DNA of 64,000 nt from Actinomycetota bacterium (GCA_030019215.1 JASEEZ010000001.1:16588-80587), one strand, 5' to 3'; shown: positions 19,979 through 29,322, counted from the stretch's first letter. The notes: generated by a model not told the origin, from the letters alone. Translations and numbers: made by a program.

Positions 19979-21382
19979 ATGAAACACCTGAGGATGGAGC
20001 CCAAACGGAAAAACATCGGCGAAATCCTGAAGCACCCAATCGTTCAGGAACTCGGTCAGCTATTCAAAAGGGCCGATAAACAACTATATCTAGTGGGTGG
20101 GAGCGTGCGTGATGCTCTGCTTGGAGAGTTCCACAAGGACTTCGACTTCGCCACAGACGCCACGCCGGGGGAGAGCGCCCAAATCGTCAAGAAATGGGCA
20201 AGTAACCTCTGGTTAATTGGGGCGAGGTTCGGCACCGTGGCGCTGACGAAAGGAGAAACGAAGATAGAGATAACCACCTTCCGCAGCGAAATCTACCCCG
20301 AGGATACCCGCCATCCCCAAGTCCGCTTCTCCAAGGATATAATGACCGATCTCTCACGCCGGGATTTCACCATCAATGCCTTGGCCATCAAGGTGCCGGA
20401 GGGGGAACTGCTCGACCCCTTTGGTGGCCAAGCGGACTTAGAGGAGAAAATCTTAAGGACCCCTCTCAAACCCGAGAGGTCATTCACGGACGACCCCTTG
20501 AGGATGCTCAGGGTGGTTCGCTTTGTCGCCACCCTGGGACTGAGGGTCTCTCCCGAGGTCAAAGAGGCCATAAAAACACACCATTCGACGCTCTCCATAG
20601 TCTCCAAAGAACGAATACGAGATGAGTTTTCCCGGACAATAACCGGTGCTCATCCGGTGAGGGCCCTTCGATTGATGATGAGTACCCACCTGGCGGACGA
20701 GGTAATTCCCGAATTGAAAAGTCTAAAGATAATGCAAGATCCAGACTACCATCACAAGGACGTCCTCGAGCATACCTTTATGGTTGTCCAGAGGGTCAAG
20801 CCCGATTTGGCCCTTCGTTTGGCGGCAATCCTGCACGATCTGGGCAAACCCAAAGCCAAAAGGGTAATCGATGGGCGGGTAACTTTTTACAATCACGACC
20901 TCATCGGGGCCAAAATGGCCGAAAAGAGACTTCGAGAGCTGAGGTACCCACTCCAATTGATAGAGGAAGCGGTCAAGCTAATAGCACTGCACATGCGGGC
21001 CTACACCTATTACCTAGGCTGGACGGACAAAGCGGTCCGCAAATACATCCGGGATGCCGGAGGGCTCTCGCCTAAACTCCATGCGCTGATTAGAGCCGAC
21101 TGCACGAGTTTAAACCCCATGAGGGTAAAAAAAGCCCTGGCCATGCTCGATGAGCTGGAAGCGAGGATAAAAGAGCTCGAAGCCAAAGAGGAATCGGCTA
21201 AGATCAGGCCACCCCTCGACGGACATGAGGTCATGGCATTTCTAAGCATCTCCCCCGGCCCCCTGGTCGGCGAAGCCCTTAATCTCCTCCTGGAGAGCAA
21301 ACTCGAGGGAACCATCTCCACAAAAGAAGAGGCCCGCGAACTCCTCAAGAAATGGGCAGCAGAGAAGGGGCTCTTAAAATAG
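19979..21382 (+). CDS. cca: CCA-adding tRNA nucleotidyltransferase (class II poly(A) polymerase family with HD domain).
   Basis: GGSVRDALLG...DFDFAT nucleotidyltransferase head, RRDFTINA, HD-domain HDLGK. Confidence 0.85.
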   Translation: MKHLRMEPKRKNIGEILKHPIVQELGQLFKRADKQLYLVGGSVRDALLGEFHKDFDFATDATPGESAQIVKKWASNLWLIGARFGTVALTKGETKIEITTFRSEIYPEDTRHPQVRFSKDIMTDLSRRDFTINALAIKVPEGELLDPFGGQADLEEKILRTPLKPERSFTDDPLRMLRVVRFVATLGLRVSPEVKEAIKTHHSTLSIVSKERIRDEFSRTITGAHPVRALRLMMSTHLADEVIPELKSLKIMQDPDYHHKDVLEHTFMVVQRVKPDLALRLAAILHDLGKPKAKRVIDGRVTFYNHDLIGAKMAEKRLRELRYPLQLIEEAVKLIALHMRAYTYYLGWTDKAVRKYIRDAGGLSPKLHALIRADCTSLNPMRVKKALAMLDELEARIKELEAKEESAKIRPPLDGHEVMAFLSISPGPLVGEALNLLLESKLEGTISTKEEARELLKKWAAEKGLLK

Positions 21383-21429
21383 TTTGTCGAGCCCGGCCTG
21401 CCTGCCGTCAGGCAGTCACGGAGGATTGC

Positions 21430-21880
21430 AAGTAGCAAGGGATAGAAAAAAGGAGAGCCTTCGCACCGATTATCAGCATCTCCAAGAATGGAAACCCATT
21501 CGAGGGGACCCGCCCCCGATGCGATCGAGAGTGGAATCCCTCCAAAGCTGATATCTTATGCCCGGTGACCTCCGGAATCTCGAACTAACACGGTAACCGA
21601 CGCCATGCTAATCCGATATCCTTCGATCCCTTCATCTGCTCTCCTCAAATGTCCTCAACCAGCCGGCCCGCGCCGTGGATACTGACCCCACAGCTCACGC
21701 AAAAGTGAGTTCTGCCAAAACCTTCGGTGTAGCCTAAAAGGCTGCACGTCCAGCTCCGGACCCGAACTCGCAATGTGGGAAGTGCTGGATTCAGTTTCCA
21801 GTGCAACGCGGGCCGGGATTTCAACTGGGCTTCTCTGCCCTCCAACAACATTATATAGCAACCAAGAGAGAAAATAAATC
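21430..21880. other. GC-rich structured non-coding region with no credible ORF. Candidate ncRNA, or a structured 3'UTR of cca or tsaE.
   Basis: Long-range closing helix CCAGCCGGCCCGCG (about 21660) / CGCGGGCCGG..CTGG (about 21807). Several local hairpins, including a C(UUCG)G tetraloop in the plus sense. A hairpin plus U6 on the minus strand sits near 21440-21475. Confidence 0.3.
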
Positions 21881-21884
21881 AACC

Positions 21885-22382
21885 CTAGCTGAGCCAGCGC
21901 CCCACCCTTTCATCCCAATCCCCACCTCTGGGGATGATGTGAACCTCCCGAAGATTTTCCTCCAAAAGCCTTCTGAACTCTATCTCCAGATAAGCCGGGG
22001 GCAAAAGTGGAGCAATCTTGTCACCCCACTCGATCACCGTCACCCCATCTCCATAAAAATACTCCTCGTAGCCCAACTCCATCAGTTCGGTGAGGGACTG
22101 AAGACGGTAGACATCGAAATGATATAGAGAGAAGGCGTTCTTGTACTCCTTGATCAAGTTGAAGGTGGGGCTGGTGATCTTCTTCTCGATGCCCAGCCCC
22201 CGAGCGAGACCATGAGTAAAACAAGTTTTTCCCGCCCCCAAATCCCCCGTGAGACTAAGGACATCTCCTGAACGCAAAAGAGGAGTCAGCTTCCCGGCCA
22301 GCTCCTGCGTCTCTCGACTGGACTTGGTGAGAACTTTGTAGATCCTCGTGGGCAATTTTGATTCCTGATGCTCGATCCTCAT
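21885..22382 (-). CDS. tsaE: tRNA threonylcarbamoyladenosine biosynthesis ATPase TsaE.
   Basis: P-loop GDLGAGKT; 165 aa. Confidence 0.85.
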   Translation of the reverse strand: MRIEHQESKLPTRIYKVLTKSSRETQELAGKLTPLLRSGDVLSLTGDLGAGKTCFTHGLARGLGIEKKITSPTFNLIKEYKNAFSLYHFDVYRLQSLTELMELGYEEYFYGDGVTVIEWGDKIAPLLPPAYLEIEFRRLLEENLREVHIIPRGGDWDERVGRWLS

Positions 22383-22407
22383 CGTCCCGCGCCCAAAACC
22401 CGCTTCA

Positions 22408-23097
22408 CTAAAACAGCCCCATCTGCTCTGGCTCTTTCGGAGGGGGCTCCACGCCCTGGGCCAAGAACTCCTTCAACTTCAGAAAATCCTCCTCAAGCAC
22501 AGACAGATTGGTGCGCATATGCAAAGCAGCGGCGGGGTGGTATATGGGGAAAACGTAATAGTTGTTGCCCCCAAATCTTCTGCCATGAACTCTGGATATA
22601 GAAACATTCTTGTTCAAAAGGACACGCGTTGCGTGATTTCCCAGAGTGCAAACGATCTTGGGGGCTATCATCTCAATCTGCTTGTAAAGGTAGGGCTTGC
22701 AGGCTTCCACCTCCTCGGGTAGAGGATCCCTATTTTGAGGGGGCCGGCACTTTATAATATTGGCAATATATACTTCATTCCTGGTCAACCCGATGGAGGC
22801 TAGCAATTTGTCCAAAAGCTGCCCGGCGGCTCCCACAAAAGGCTCACCCTGCTGATCCTCGTAGTAACCAGGGGCTTCGCCGACGAACATCAGATCAGCA
22901 TTCTCACTCCCCACACCGAAGACCACCTGAGTACGACCTTTTGCTAAAGGGCACTTCTGACAATCTTTTATCCTCTCGTAGAACTCCCGAAGTATCTCCA
23001 CCGACCACCTCTCACTTGACGCTACAGGTATCACAGCTGGTCGCGGAGCAACTGGCACAAGACGAGGCACTGCTCCGCCCGCTCGACTTGAAGCCAA
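22408..23097 (-). CDS. Uracil-DNA glycosylase, family 4.
   Basis: CxxCPL...GEAPG...FVG motifs (KDCQKCPLAKGRTQVVFGVGSENADLMFVGEAPG). Confidence 0.85.
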   Translation of the reverse strand: MASSRAGGAVPRLVPVAPRPAVIPVASSERWSVEILREFYERIKDCQKCPLAKGRTQVVFGVGSENADLMFVGEAPGYYEDQQGEPFVGAAGQLLDKLLASIGLTRNEVYIANIIKCRPPQNRDPLPEEVEACKPYLYKQIEMIAPKIVCTLGNHATRVLLNKNVSISRVHGRRFGGNNYYVFPIYHPAAALHMRTNLSVLEEDFLKLKEFLAQGVEPPPKEPEQMGLF

Positions 23098-23230
23098 AGG
23101 TGGAAAAGCATTTCCTCAAATTCTTCTTACCGCAATTCGAGCATTTGAGGGTGGAATCCTTACCCCCGACGCTCATCAAGACATCGAATCTATTTCCGCA
23201 ATTCAGACAGTCGAATTCGTAGATGGGCAT
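23012..23230 (-). CDS. FmdB-family zinc-ribbon protein. Likely start MPIYEFDCLNCG with RBS GGAGG.
   Basis: CxxC...CxxC zinc ribbon and Ser/Cys-rich tail. Its 3' end overlaps the annotated udg 5' end. Confidence 0.55.
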   Translation of the reverse strand: MPIYEFDCLNCGNRFDVLMSVGGKDSTLKCSNCGKKNLRKCFSTFGFKSSGRSSASSCASCSATSCDTCSVK

Positions 23231-23790
23231 AATCGGCCTCCAGCCCAATTGGCACTCAACTTTAATTTTACCAACTTTAAATGGGGCGGGCAATTCAGAT
23301 CCTCATATGGGATTCTCATATGAGGTGCCCTTTTATTTAATTGGAGCTTGAAATCGATGAGAAAAATGCTCTTCTCATTTATCTTTGAGACCAAATCCAA
23401 TCCATGAACATAACCTTGGACTACACTGTTATTCTCGTTTCTTTCCTGTAACACCTGTGTAAGTGGATTGGAGATGTCGTTGATGTAGTTTGTTACTTCC
23501 TTCTTTCCATCGGGCTTGGTTTCAATTCTGCTTATCCTATTTCCAAGCCCATCGTATTCGTACTCTATAACTTTGGTTTCGTCACCCTTTACTATCTCCA
23601 CCTTTTCCAGTCTGTTCTGGAAGTCGTAGGTGTATGTCCTGGTTTCTTGTTCCTCATCAACTTTTGATTTTACCTGAGCTATCATATTTCCATTCTCATC
23701 GTAGGAGAAAGTGGTTACTTTATCCTTTTCCGTTATCTTAAGCAGTTGATTGGCTTGGTTGTGTTTTATTGGTTGACCTCTCGCCTGAAG
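23203..23790 (-). pseudogene. Orphan RHS C-terminal fragment (displaced rhs-CT cassette).
   Basis: Translation ..ANQLLKITEKDKVTTFSYDENGNMIAQV..TRTYTYDFQNRLEKVEIVKGDETKVIEYEYDGLGNRISRIET...VVQGYVHGLDLVSKINEK is roughly 80% identical to residues about 820-960 of the RHS protein at 24677-27949. Similarity is lost after SKINEK, and a palindrome CCTCATATGGGATTCTCATATGAGG (about 23305-23329) follows. Confidence 0.7.
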
Positions 23791-23857
23791 GTTGATTAAA
23801 AGATGGAGCGGTAACCCACTTCTTTAGAAAAAATCATTAACGATTTTGCAACTTAGT

Positions 23858-24274
23858 TTACTTGCCGGGCTTTCTTCCTCTAAAAAAGATGACAAGGACA
23901 ACGCCCAGCAAAATTAAGGCAAAGGCAAGTTCTAGAACGAATCCTGTAAATAATAGCGCTCCGCCGTATTGTTGGAACAAAAGCCAATACAAAAACACAG
24001 CGAAAAATAATGCAGGCAGAAGGATGACCAAAATGATTTTGCTTTTCCATACAGACCTTTCTTCACTCGAGTAATACCGAGTTTGCTTTCGCTCACTTCT
24101 CTTTCCAAAGAGCTCTACTCCTATTGAGACTACCGTGTAAAGTAACGCGCCGATGGGAAGAACCCAGCCAACAACTCTCGCTAAAGGATTTTGGGGCAGA
24201 GCAAATAGTAAGAAAGCTCCCAACTGCAAATGCCCCGCATAGGAGCGCAAGCTGGCGAAAACCGATCCATTCAC
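23858..24274 (-). CDS. Small membrane protein (hypothetical; possible immunity protein).
   Basis: 138 aa with 4 predicted TM helices, downstream of the RHS locus. Confidence 0.3.
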   Translation of the reverse strand: MNGSVFASLRSYAGHLQLGAFLLFALPQNPLARVVGWVLPIGALLYTVVSIGVELFGKRSERKQTRYYSSEERSVWKSKIILVILLPALFFAVFLYWLLFQQYGGALLFTGFVLELAFALILLGVVLVIFFRGRKPGK

Positions 24275-24428
24275 CCGTTGCCCACCAATGCATGATCATA
24301 TGCCAAGCAGTAAAAAAGACTACAACCACGATAAAAATAGCAAGAAACACAAGATCAACAGAACCCATTCGCATTTTCCTTAAAATCTCGGTCCGATGAG
24401 GAGAGGCCCAGCGGGAGTAAGGCCCCAC
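24093..24428 (-). CDS. Small membrane protein (hypothetical). It overlaps 23858-24274 in a different frame, so a frameshift is possible.
   Basis: 111 aa with 2 TM helices. Confidence 0.25.
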   Translation of the reverse strand: MGPYSRWASPHRTEILRKMRMGSVDLVFLAIFIVVVVFFTAWHMIMHWWATGEWIGFRQLALLCGAFAVGSFLTICSAPKSFSESCWLGSSHRRVTLHGSLNRSRALWKEK

Positions 24429-24667
24429 TCCCGACAGAGATAGAGATATTTAGCTGTGTTGTAGGTTCGCCAGTATTTGTAGGATGCGACATATATGCCG
24501 CGTAGCATGTTGTAATCCTTCCAAAGTTGCACAGATCGCCTGGTTCCACCAGCGGCCCTGTAAATGCAGTAGGCAAATCGCAGGTAAGGAACTGCAGAAG
24601 CCCAGTTCTTTTGAACTGCTTTTAAGATAAGAAACGTGATAGACTTTGCATATATGTCGATGCCCAA
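24380..24667 (-). CDS. Small ORF immediately downstream of the RHS toxin gene (the position expected for an immunity protein).
   Basis: 95 aa, W/Y/R-rich, starting 10 nt after the RHS stop. No homology is recognisable. Confidence 0.25.
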   Translation of the reverse strand: MGIDIYAKSITFLILKAVQKNWASAVPYLRFAYCIYRAAGGTRRSVQLWKDYNMLRGIYVASYKYWRTYNTAKYLYLCREWGLTPAGPLLIGPRF

Positions 24668-24676
24668 CTCAGCAGC

Positions 24677-27600
24677 CTACCGATTTAAGATAACCTCTGT
24701 TTTCTCGCTGGCCATCACATCAAATATGGCTTGTCTTCTTGCAAGCCCTCTGGGAATGCCACCATAGGCATCTACATAGTTAACTGGATCGTTTATGCAA
24801 TAGATATACTTGTGAAGAGTTAAGGGTATTTCCTCAAACCCCTCAAATGGATCCTTTGTTGCAAACCTACCAACTTCTGGCATGTAATACCTGGCTCTGA
24901 GGTAGAGAAGATCAGTTACCTGATCGTAATCCTCTCCAGTAAACCCGTAAGTGTTGGCTCTTTCTCCACCCTCGCCGAATTTAGAGTTAGGATCGGGAAC
25001 TCCAAACTCGTCATAGCTGTATCTCGCTATCAAAGAACCTTTCTCATTGGTTAATCCTACTACTGAACCCAAACCATCATAGAGGTAGTAATCGGGTTTG
25101 TTCTTCTCATTTATCTTGCTTACGAGGTCCAGTCCTTGAACATAGCTTTGAACCACACTGTTGTTTCCATCTCTTTCCTGCAAAACCTGTGCGAGTGGAT
25201 CGGAGATGTCGTTTATGTAGTGGATGGTTTCCTTTTCTCCATCCTCGTCGGTTTCAATCCTGCTTATCCTATTTCCTAATCCATCATACTCGTATTCTAT
25301 AACTTTGGTTTCGTCACCCCTTACTATCTCCACCTTTTCCAGTCTGTTCTGAAAGTCGTAGTGATAAGTTCTGGTTTCTTCTGTCTCGCTGTCTTCGTAT
25401 TCTACCTGAGCAATCATGTTTCCACTCTCATCATAGGAGAAAGTAGTGACCTTATCTTTCTCTATCACTTTAAGCAATCTGTTTGCCGCATCGTATTCGT
25501 AGATTATTTCTTTTTCTGGTTTCTCTTTTGAACTGGCCTCTGAACCTTGGCCGCTGGCCTCTGACTTCCCTTTTGTTTCCACCAGTGACAGCCTATTTCC
25601 TACCTTGTCATACGCGTAAGTTCTCACACTATTTTTCTCGGCCACCTGGACGAGCTGATTCAGTGGATCATATCCATATTCTGTTATCTCCTCGTTCTTT
25701 CCTTCATCCTTTTCAACCACTTTTATCCTGTTTCCGTTTGAATCATAGGTGTAGGAGAAGGAGGGAAGAGCTTTCTCGTTTTTGCTTTTTCCGGCTCGAC
25801 CAATGTTGGTGAGATTGAGCAATCTATTTGCCTGATCGTATTCGTAGCTCGTCCTAACTCCGTTGGGAAGGGAAGTTTTGACGAGATTCCCGGCGGGATC
25901 GTAGGAGTAGGTGGTATTTTGATTCAGCCAATCTTTTACCTTCTCAAGCCTGTTTACCTCGTCATAGCTGTAGCTTACAACTTTTCCATCTGGATAGGTG
26001 ACGGAGGTTCTGAGACCTAGCTCATCATAGGCGTAAGTAACGATGTTTCCTCGGGGGTCAATCGTCCTAACCAAGTGGCCAAGTTCATCGTATTCATATA
26101 TCCAGGTGCCGTACTCATCTACCATCTTTATGAGCCTTCCCAAGGCATCGTATTCGAAGGTAACGGCTTTACCATCGGGATAGGTTATCTTTTTAAGTTG
26201 ATCATTGGCGTCGTATTCATAGGTAGTGGTTCTACCCAGGGCATCTGTTTGAGATGCCCTATTTCCGTTCGCGTCGCAGGTAAAGCTGGTCACATTCCCG
26301 AGTGGGTCTGTTGTGTTAACCAAGTTTCCAACGGGATCATAGAAATAGAGTGTGGCATTTCCGTTGGCATCGGTAACTTTTGTTAGATTCCAGAGGTGAT
26401 CGTAGGAGTAATAGGTCTCACTTCCCAGGGCGTCTATCACTTTGCTCAAGCGATTTAGAGAATCGTAGGAGTAATTAGTCTCATTTCCCTTAGCGTCGGT
26501 TACTTTCAAGAGATTGTTGTTGGCATCGTATGCGTAGGAGATGGACTCGCTCAAAGCGTTGGTTATCTTAAGCAGGTTTCCCCTCAAATCGTAAGAGAGA
26601 TTGGTCTCGTTTCCGTTTGGATCCTTGGCCGAGAGGAGATTTCCTAAGATGTCGTAGGCATAGGTGTAGGTGTTTCCTTGCGGGTCGGTTATCTGACTCA
26701 GGTTTCCATATTCATCGTAGGAGAGGTTGGTTTTCCTTTCCTTGGCATCGGTAATTGAGACCAGAAGACCCTTGCCATCGTAGGAGAATCGGGTTACGGC
26801 ATTTTTCGGGTCGGTAATTGAGACAAGGTTGGAGTTATCATCGTAGCCCATCTGGAAGACATTACCCAAGGGGTCGGTGAAAAAGACAAGGTTGTCAGCC
26901 GAATCGTAGGAAAAAACTGTCTTGTTCCCCTTTCTATCTGTGGTTTCAAGAAGATTTCCCCTGTTATCGTAGAGAAATTGGGGTTTGTTGCCCTTCTCAT
27001 CGGTCACTGAGTCTCTGTTTCCATAAGAGTCGTAAGTGTAAATTGTTTCATTACCAAGAGGATCAACCCTTTTAGTTAAGCGGTATTCCTCATCGTAGAA
27101 GTCGATCGTCTCTCCGCCACCCTCATCTGTTATGGTGGTCTTTTTGTTTACCTCATCGTAGGAGAAGATAGTTTTTTCACCCAAGGCATTTGTCTGCTCG
27201 ATTACCCTTCCCTCGCCATCGTAAGTGTTGGCTATGAAGGTGTTTCCCTTTGGTTCCGTGTAACTCATCAGATGGTGCTCATCGTCGTAGGTGCAGGTGG
27301 TGGCGTTTCCTTCCGCGTCCGTTGCCGAGATGAGATTGTCATTTTCATCGTAGGAGTAGGTGAATTCTCTTTGTGCGGGATCAGCTATCTTGATGATGTG
27401 ATTGTTTGAGTCATAGGTGAAGACAAGACTCCTTCCAAAGGGATCGGTTACGGTTTTAAGTAAATCGCCATAGTAAGTTAAGGCGATGGTATTTCCGTTC
27501 TTATCGACGATTGATGTCAGTTTCCCTTCCGAGGAGAAGTTGTATTTTGTCTTATCCTTTTCTCTCAAAGTAAAGGTTCCATCGGGATTCTTGACCAAAG

Positions 27601-27949
27601 TGGAGAATATCTCCAAGGGAGGTTTGTATGAGCCATCGGCCTGCTTTTCAAAGCAGTCTCTTCTTCCATCATCTCTCATCACAATGGCGGTTTCATCTTC
27701 GAAGGAGAGATTTATGTTGTATGTGTGCGTCCAGCCAACACCTAAGGGGCCTACGTAGTCGTCTCGGGAGTTGTAGCTTCTGGTAAGCTCTAAAGCTGGT
27801 TGAGAGGGGATGGATAGATCTTGGTATTCGTAGAAGTAGTTTCCGGTGGGGGTATAGACGGGTTCCCCGTACTGATTGGGTTGATGTCCGTAGCGGGCCT
27901 GCACGACCCGGGTGGGAGCCACCCTGGTTGGCGTGATGGCCACGACCAC
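24677..27949 (-). CDS. RHS/YD-repeat protein (polymorphic toxin scaffold). It has a very short C-terminal tip after the RHS core motif DPVNYVDAYG. A GTG start is annotated, but the frame continues upstream to an in-frame TAG.
   Basis: Dozens of YD repeats (YxYDxxGNL...), RHS core ...RYYMPEVGRFATKDP...INDPVNYVDAYGG; 1090 aa. Confidence 0.9.
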   Translation of the reverse strand: MVVAITPTRVAPTRVVQARYGHQPNQYGEPVYTPTGNYFYEYQDLSIPSQPALELTRSYNSRDDYVGPLGVGWTHTYNINLSFEDETAIVMRDDGRRDCFEKQADGSYKPPLEIFSTLVKNPDGTFTLREKDKTKYNFSSEGKLTSIVDKNGNTIALTYYGDLLKTVTDPFGRSLVFTYDSNNHIIKIADPAQREFTYSYDENDNLISATDAEGNATTCTYDDEHHLMSYTEPKGNTFIANTYDGEGRVIEQTNALGEKTIFSYDEVNKKTTITDEGGGETIDFYDEEYRLTKRVDPLGNETIYTYDSYGNRDSVTDEKGNKPQFLYDNRGNLLETTDRKGNKTVFSYDSADNLVFFTDPLGNVFQMGYDDNSNLVSITDPKNAVTRFSYDGKGLLVSITDAKERKTNLSYDEYGNLSQITDPQGNTYTYAYDILGNLLSAKDPNGNETNLSYDLRGNLLKITNALSESISYAYDANNNLLKVTDAKGNETNYSYDSLNRLSKVIDALGSETYYSYDHLWNLTKVTDANGNATLYFYDPVGNLVNTTDPLGNVTSFTCDANGNRASQTDALGRTTTYEYDANDQLKKITYPDGKAVTFEYDALGRLIKMVDEYGTWIYEYDELGHLVRTIDPRGNIVTYAYDELGLRTSVTYPDGKVVSYSYDEVNRLEKVKDWLNQNTTYSYDPAGNLVKTSLPNGVRTSYEYDQANRLLNLTNIGRAGKSKNEKALPSFSYTYDSNGNRIKVVEKDEGKNEEITEYGYDPLNQLVQVAEKNSVRTYAYDKVGNRLSLVETKGKSEASGQGSEASSKEKPEKEIIYEYDAANRLLKVIEKDKVTTFSYDESGNMIAQVEYEDSETEETRTYHYDFQNRLEKVEIVRGDETKVIEYEYDGLGNRISRIETDEDGEKETIHYINDISDPLAQVLQERDGNNSVVQSYVQGLDLVSKINEKNKPDYYLYDGLGSVVGLTNEKGSLIARYSYDEFGVPDPNSKFGEGGERANTYGFTGEDYDQVTDLLYLRARYYMPEVGRFATKDPFEGFEEIPLTLHKYIYCINDPVNYVDAYGGIPRGLARRQAIFDVMASEKTEVILNR

Positions 27950-28069
27950 GAGGTCCTGATAGTCCCTGTCACCGCCACCGAACAGGTCCTCCCAGCCTAT
28001 GATGTACTCGTCTTGGGTCCTAGTCCTGAATATCCAGGCGTGATCAAACCCATCCGCGTTCAGCTCTGA

Positions 28070-28471
28070 CTAGGTGTACCAGTTGAGATGGGAATACCAC
28101 TGGGGATTCACGTAATAACCGATGCAGGTCACATCCGAGGGGATGGTGAAGGTGACGACATCACCGGGAACGTTTGCCCCACCGAAGACGAGCGCCCTTC
28201 TTCCCGGATTGCCCACCTGATACCAACCGAAGGAGGATCCAGCGGCCATGGCCGAATACTCCGCAAGAAGCCTGGCCCTATATGTTGCTCCTCTGACCAC
28301 CTGGAAGGTTTCGATTCCGGTCTCATCGGTTGCGACGTTGATATAAGAATAGCCTGCGCTGTTTAAGATCTGCTGCAGGCTTGGTTCCCACTCCGCCATC
28401 GCCGGGCTTAAAGGCATGAGATTTACCAGCAAGGCCATCGTTACCATCAATGCGATTAGACGATTTCTCAT
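28070..28471 (-). CDS. N-terminal secretion/pre-toxin part of the RHS protein (signal peptide MRNRLIALMVTMALLVNLMPLSPAMA). It is separated from the RHS body only by one in-frame TAG at 28070-28072.
   Basis: Same reading frame as 24677-27949. Read-through gives ..HLNWYT*SELNADGFDHAWIFRTRTQDEYIIGWEDLFGGGDRDYQDLVVVAITPTRV.. Confidence 0.6.
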   Translation of the reverse strand: MRNRLIALMVTMALLVNLMPLSPAMAEWEPSLQQILNSAGYSYINVATDETGIETFQVVRGATYRARLLAEYSAMAAGSSFGWYQVGNPGRRALVFGGANVPGDVVTFTIPSDVTCIGYYVNPQWYSHLNWYT

Positions 28472-28799
28472 CTTTTCCTCTCCCTTCACATCCCCACAAC
28501 TTAAAAAGGGGCCAGTTTATTCCAGCCCCTCTTAGTTGTTGCATCTTTTGGTGTAGTGTAGATGAGAGAAATTGTGCCGCTGTGAATTTGCTTTGACGTT
28601 AATTTTATCGGCAAATTTTCTATTTTCTTTAGGCTCTTTATGAAAATTTTTTGTGGAAATGTGGAGCCCCACGGACTGATGTCCGTGGCACCTCCGCATG
28701 CTTCGTCAGGGCGGAACCCTTCCGAAGGGTAAAAAATGTTCATTTAAGTTTTCACATGAGGAGGAAGATTTCAGGGGAGCTTTCCTTGAAAAATGTAGC

Positions 28800-29318
28800 C
28801 TATTTGAATTCGGTGAACTCAAGGGGACTTCGCCGGGAAGGTTTGGGCTTGGGTAAAGCGGGATAACCCAGAGGAACGATCGCCACCGACCTGATATGAG
28901 GGGGAAGATTTAGGAGATCGGAGACCCTCCGTTCATCGAAGGCCCCCACCCAGCAGGTTCCCAATCCCTCCGCCCAAGCCGCCAAGAGCAAATTCTCGAT
29001 GGCAGCAGCGGTATCCTGAATGGCGTAAAGGGTGGTGCCTCGAGTGCCATAACCGCTGGAGCACGCCCTCAGATCGGTACAAACCACGATAACCACGGGG
29101 GCCTCGGCAACGAAGGACTGACCGAGAGCGGCTCGAACCAGCCCTTCTTTTATGGAGGGGTCACGGATCACCCAAAAGCGCCAGGATTGAATGTTCCCGG
29201 CCGAGGGGGCCTGGCAGGCCGCCTCCAAGAGTTTCGTGACCAGCTCAGGAGGGACATCTTTGATTCTATCGAAATTTCTCACGCTTCGCCTACCGTATAT
29301 CGCCTCATAAACATCCAT
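28800..29318 (-). CDS. Nitroreductase-family protein.
   Basis: RRSVRNF..., conserved nitroreductase fold motifs; 172 aa. Confidence 0.8.
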   Translation of the reverse strand: MDVYEAIYGRRSVRNFDRIKDVPPELVTKLLEAACQAPSAGNIQSWRFWVIRDPSIKEGLVRAALGQSFVAEAPVVIVVCTDLRACSSGYGTRGTTLYAIQDTAAAIENLLLAAWAEGLGTCWVGAFDERRVSDLLNLPPHIRSVAIVPLGYPALPKPKPSRRSPLEFTEFK

Positions 29319-29322
29319 TCAC

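Noticed and set aside
20056-21438. Minus-strand ORFs overlapping cca (20056-20277, 20293-20607, 21010-21438), and similar antisense ORFs inside groEL, clpC, glmS and the RHS gene.
   Set aside because: They are antisense shadows of strongly supported genes, with low-complexity composition and no independent start signals.
28518-28545. Hairpin AGGGGCUGGAAUAAACUGGCCCCUUUUU on the minus strand, 45 nt upstream of the RHS N-terminal ORF start. Considered as an attenuator or riboswitch.
   Set aside because: It is too short and isolated to assign. It could simply terminate read-through from the nitroreductase gene. It is left as an unclassified terminator-like hairpin.
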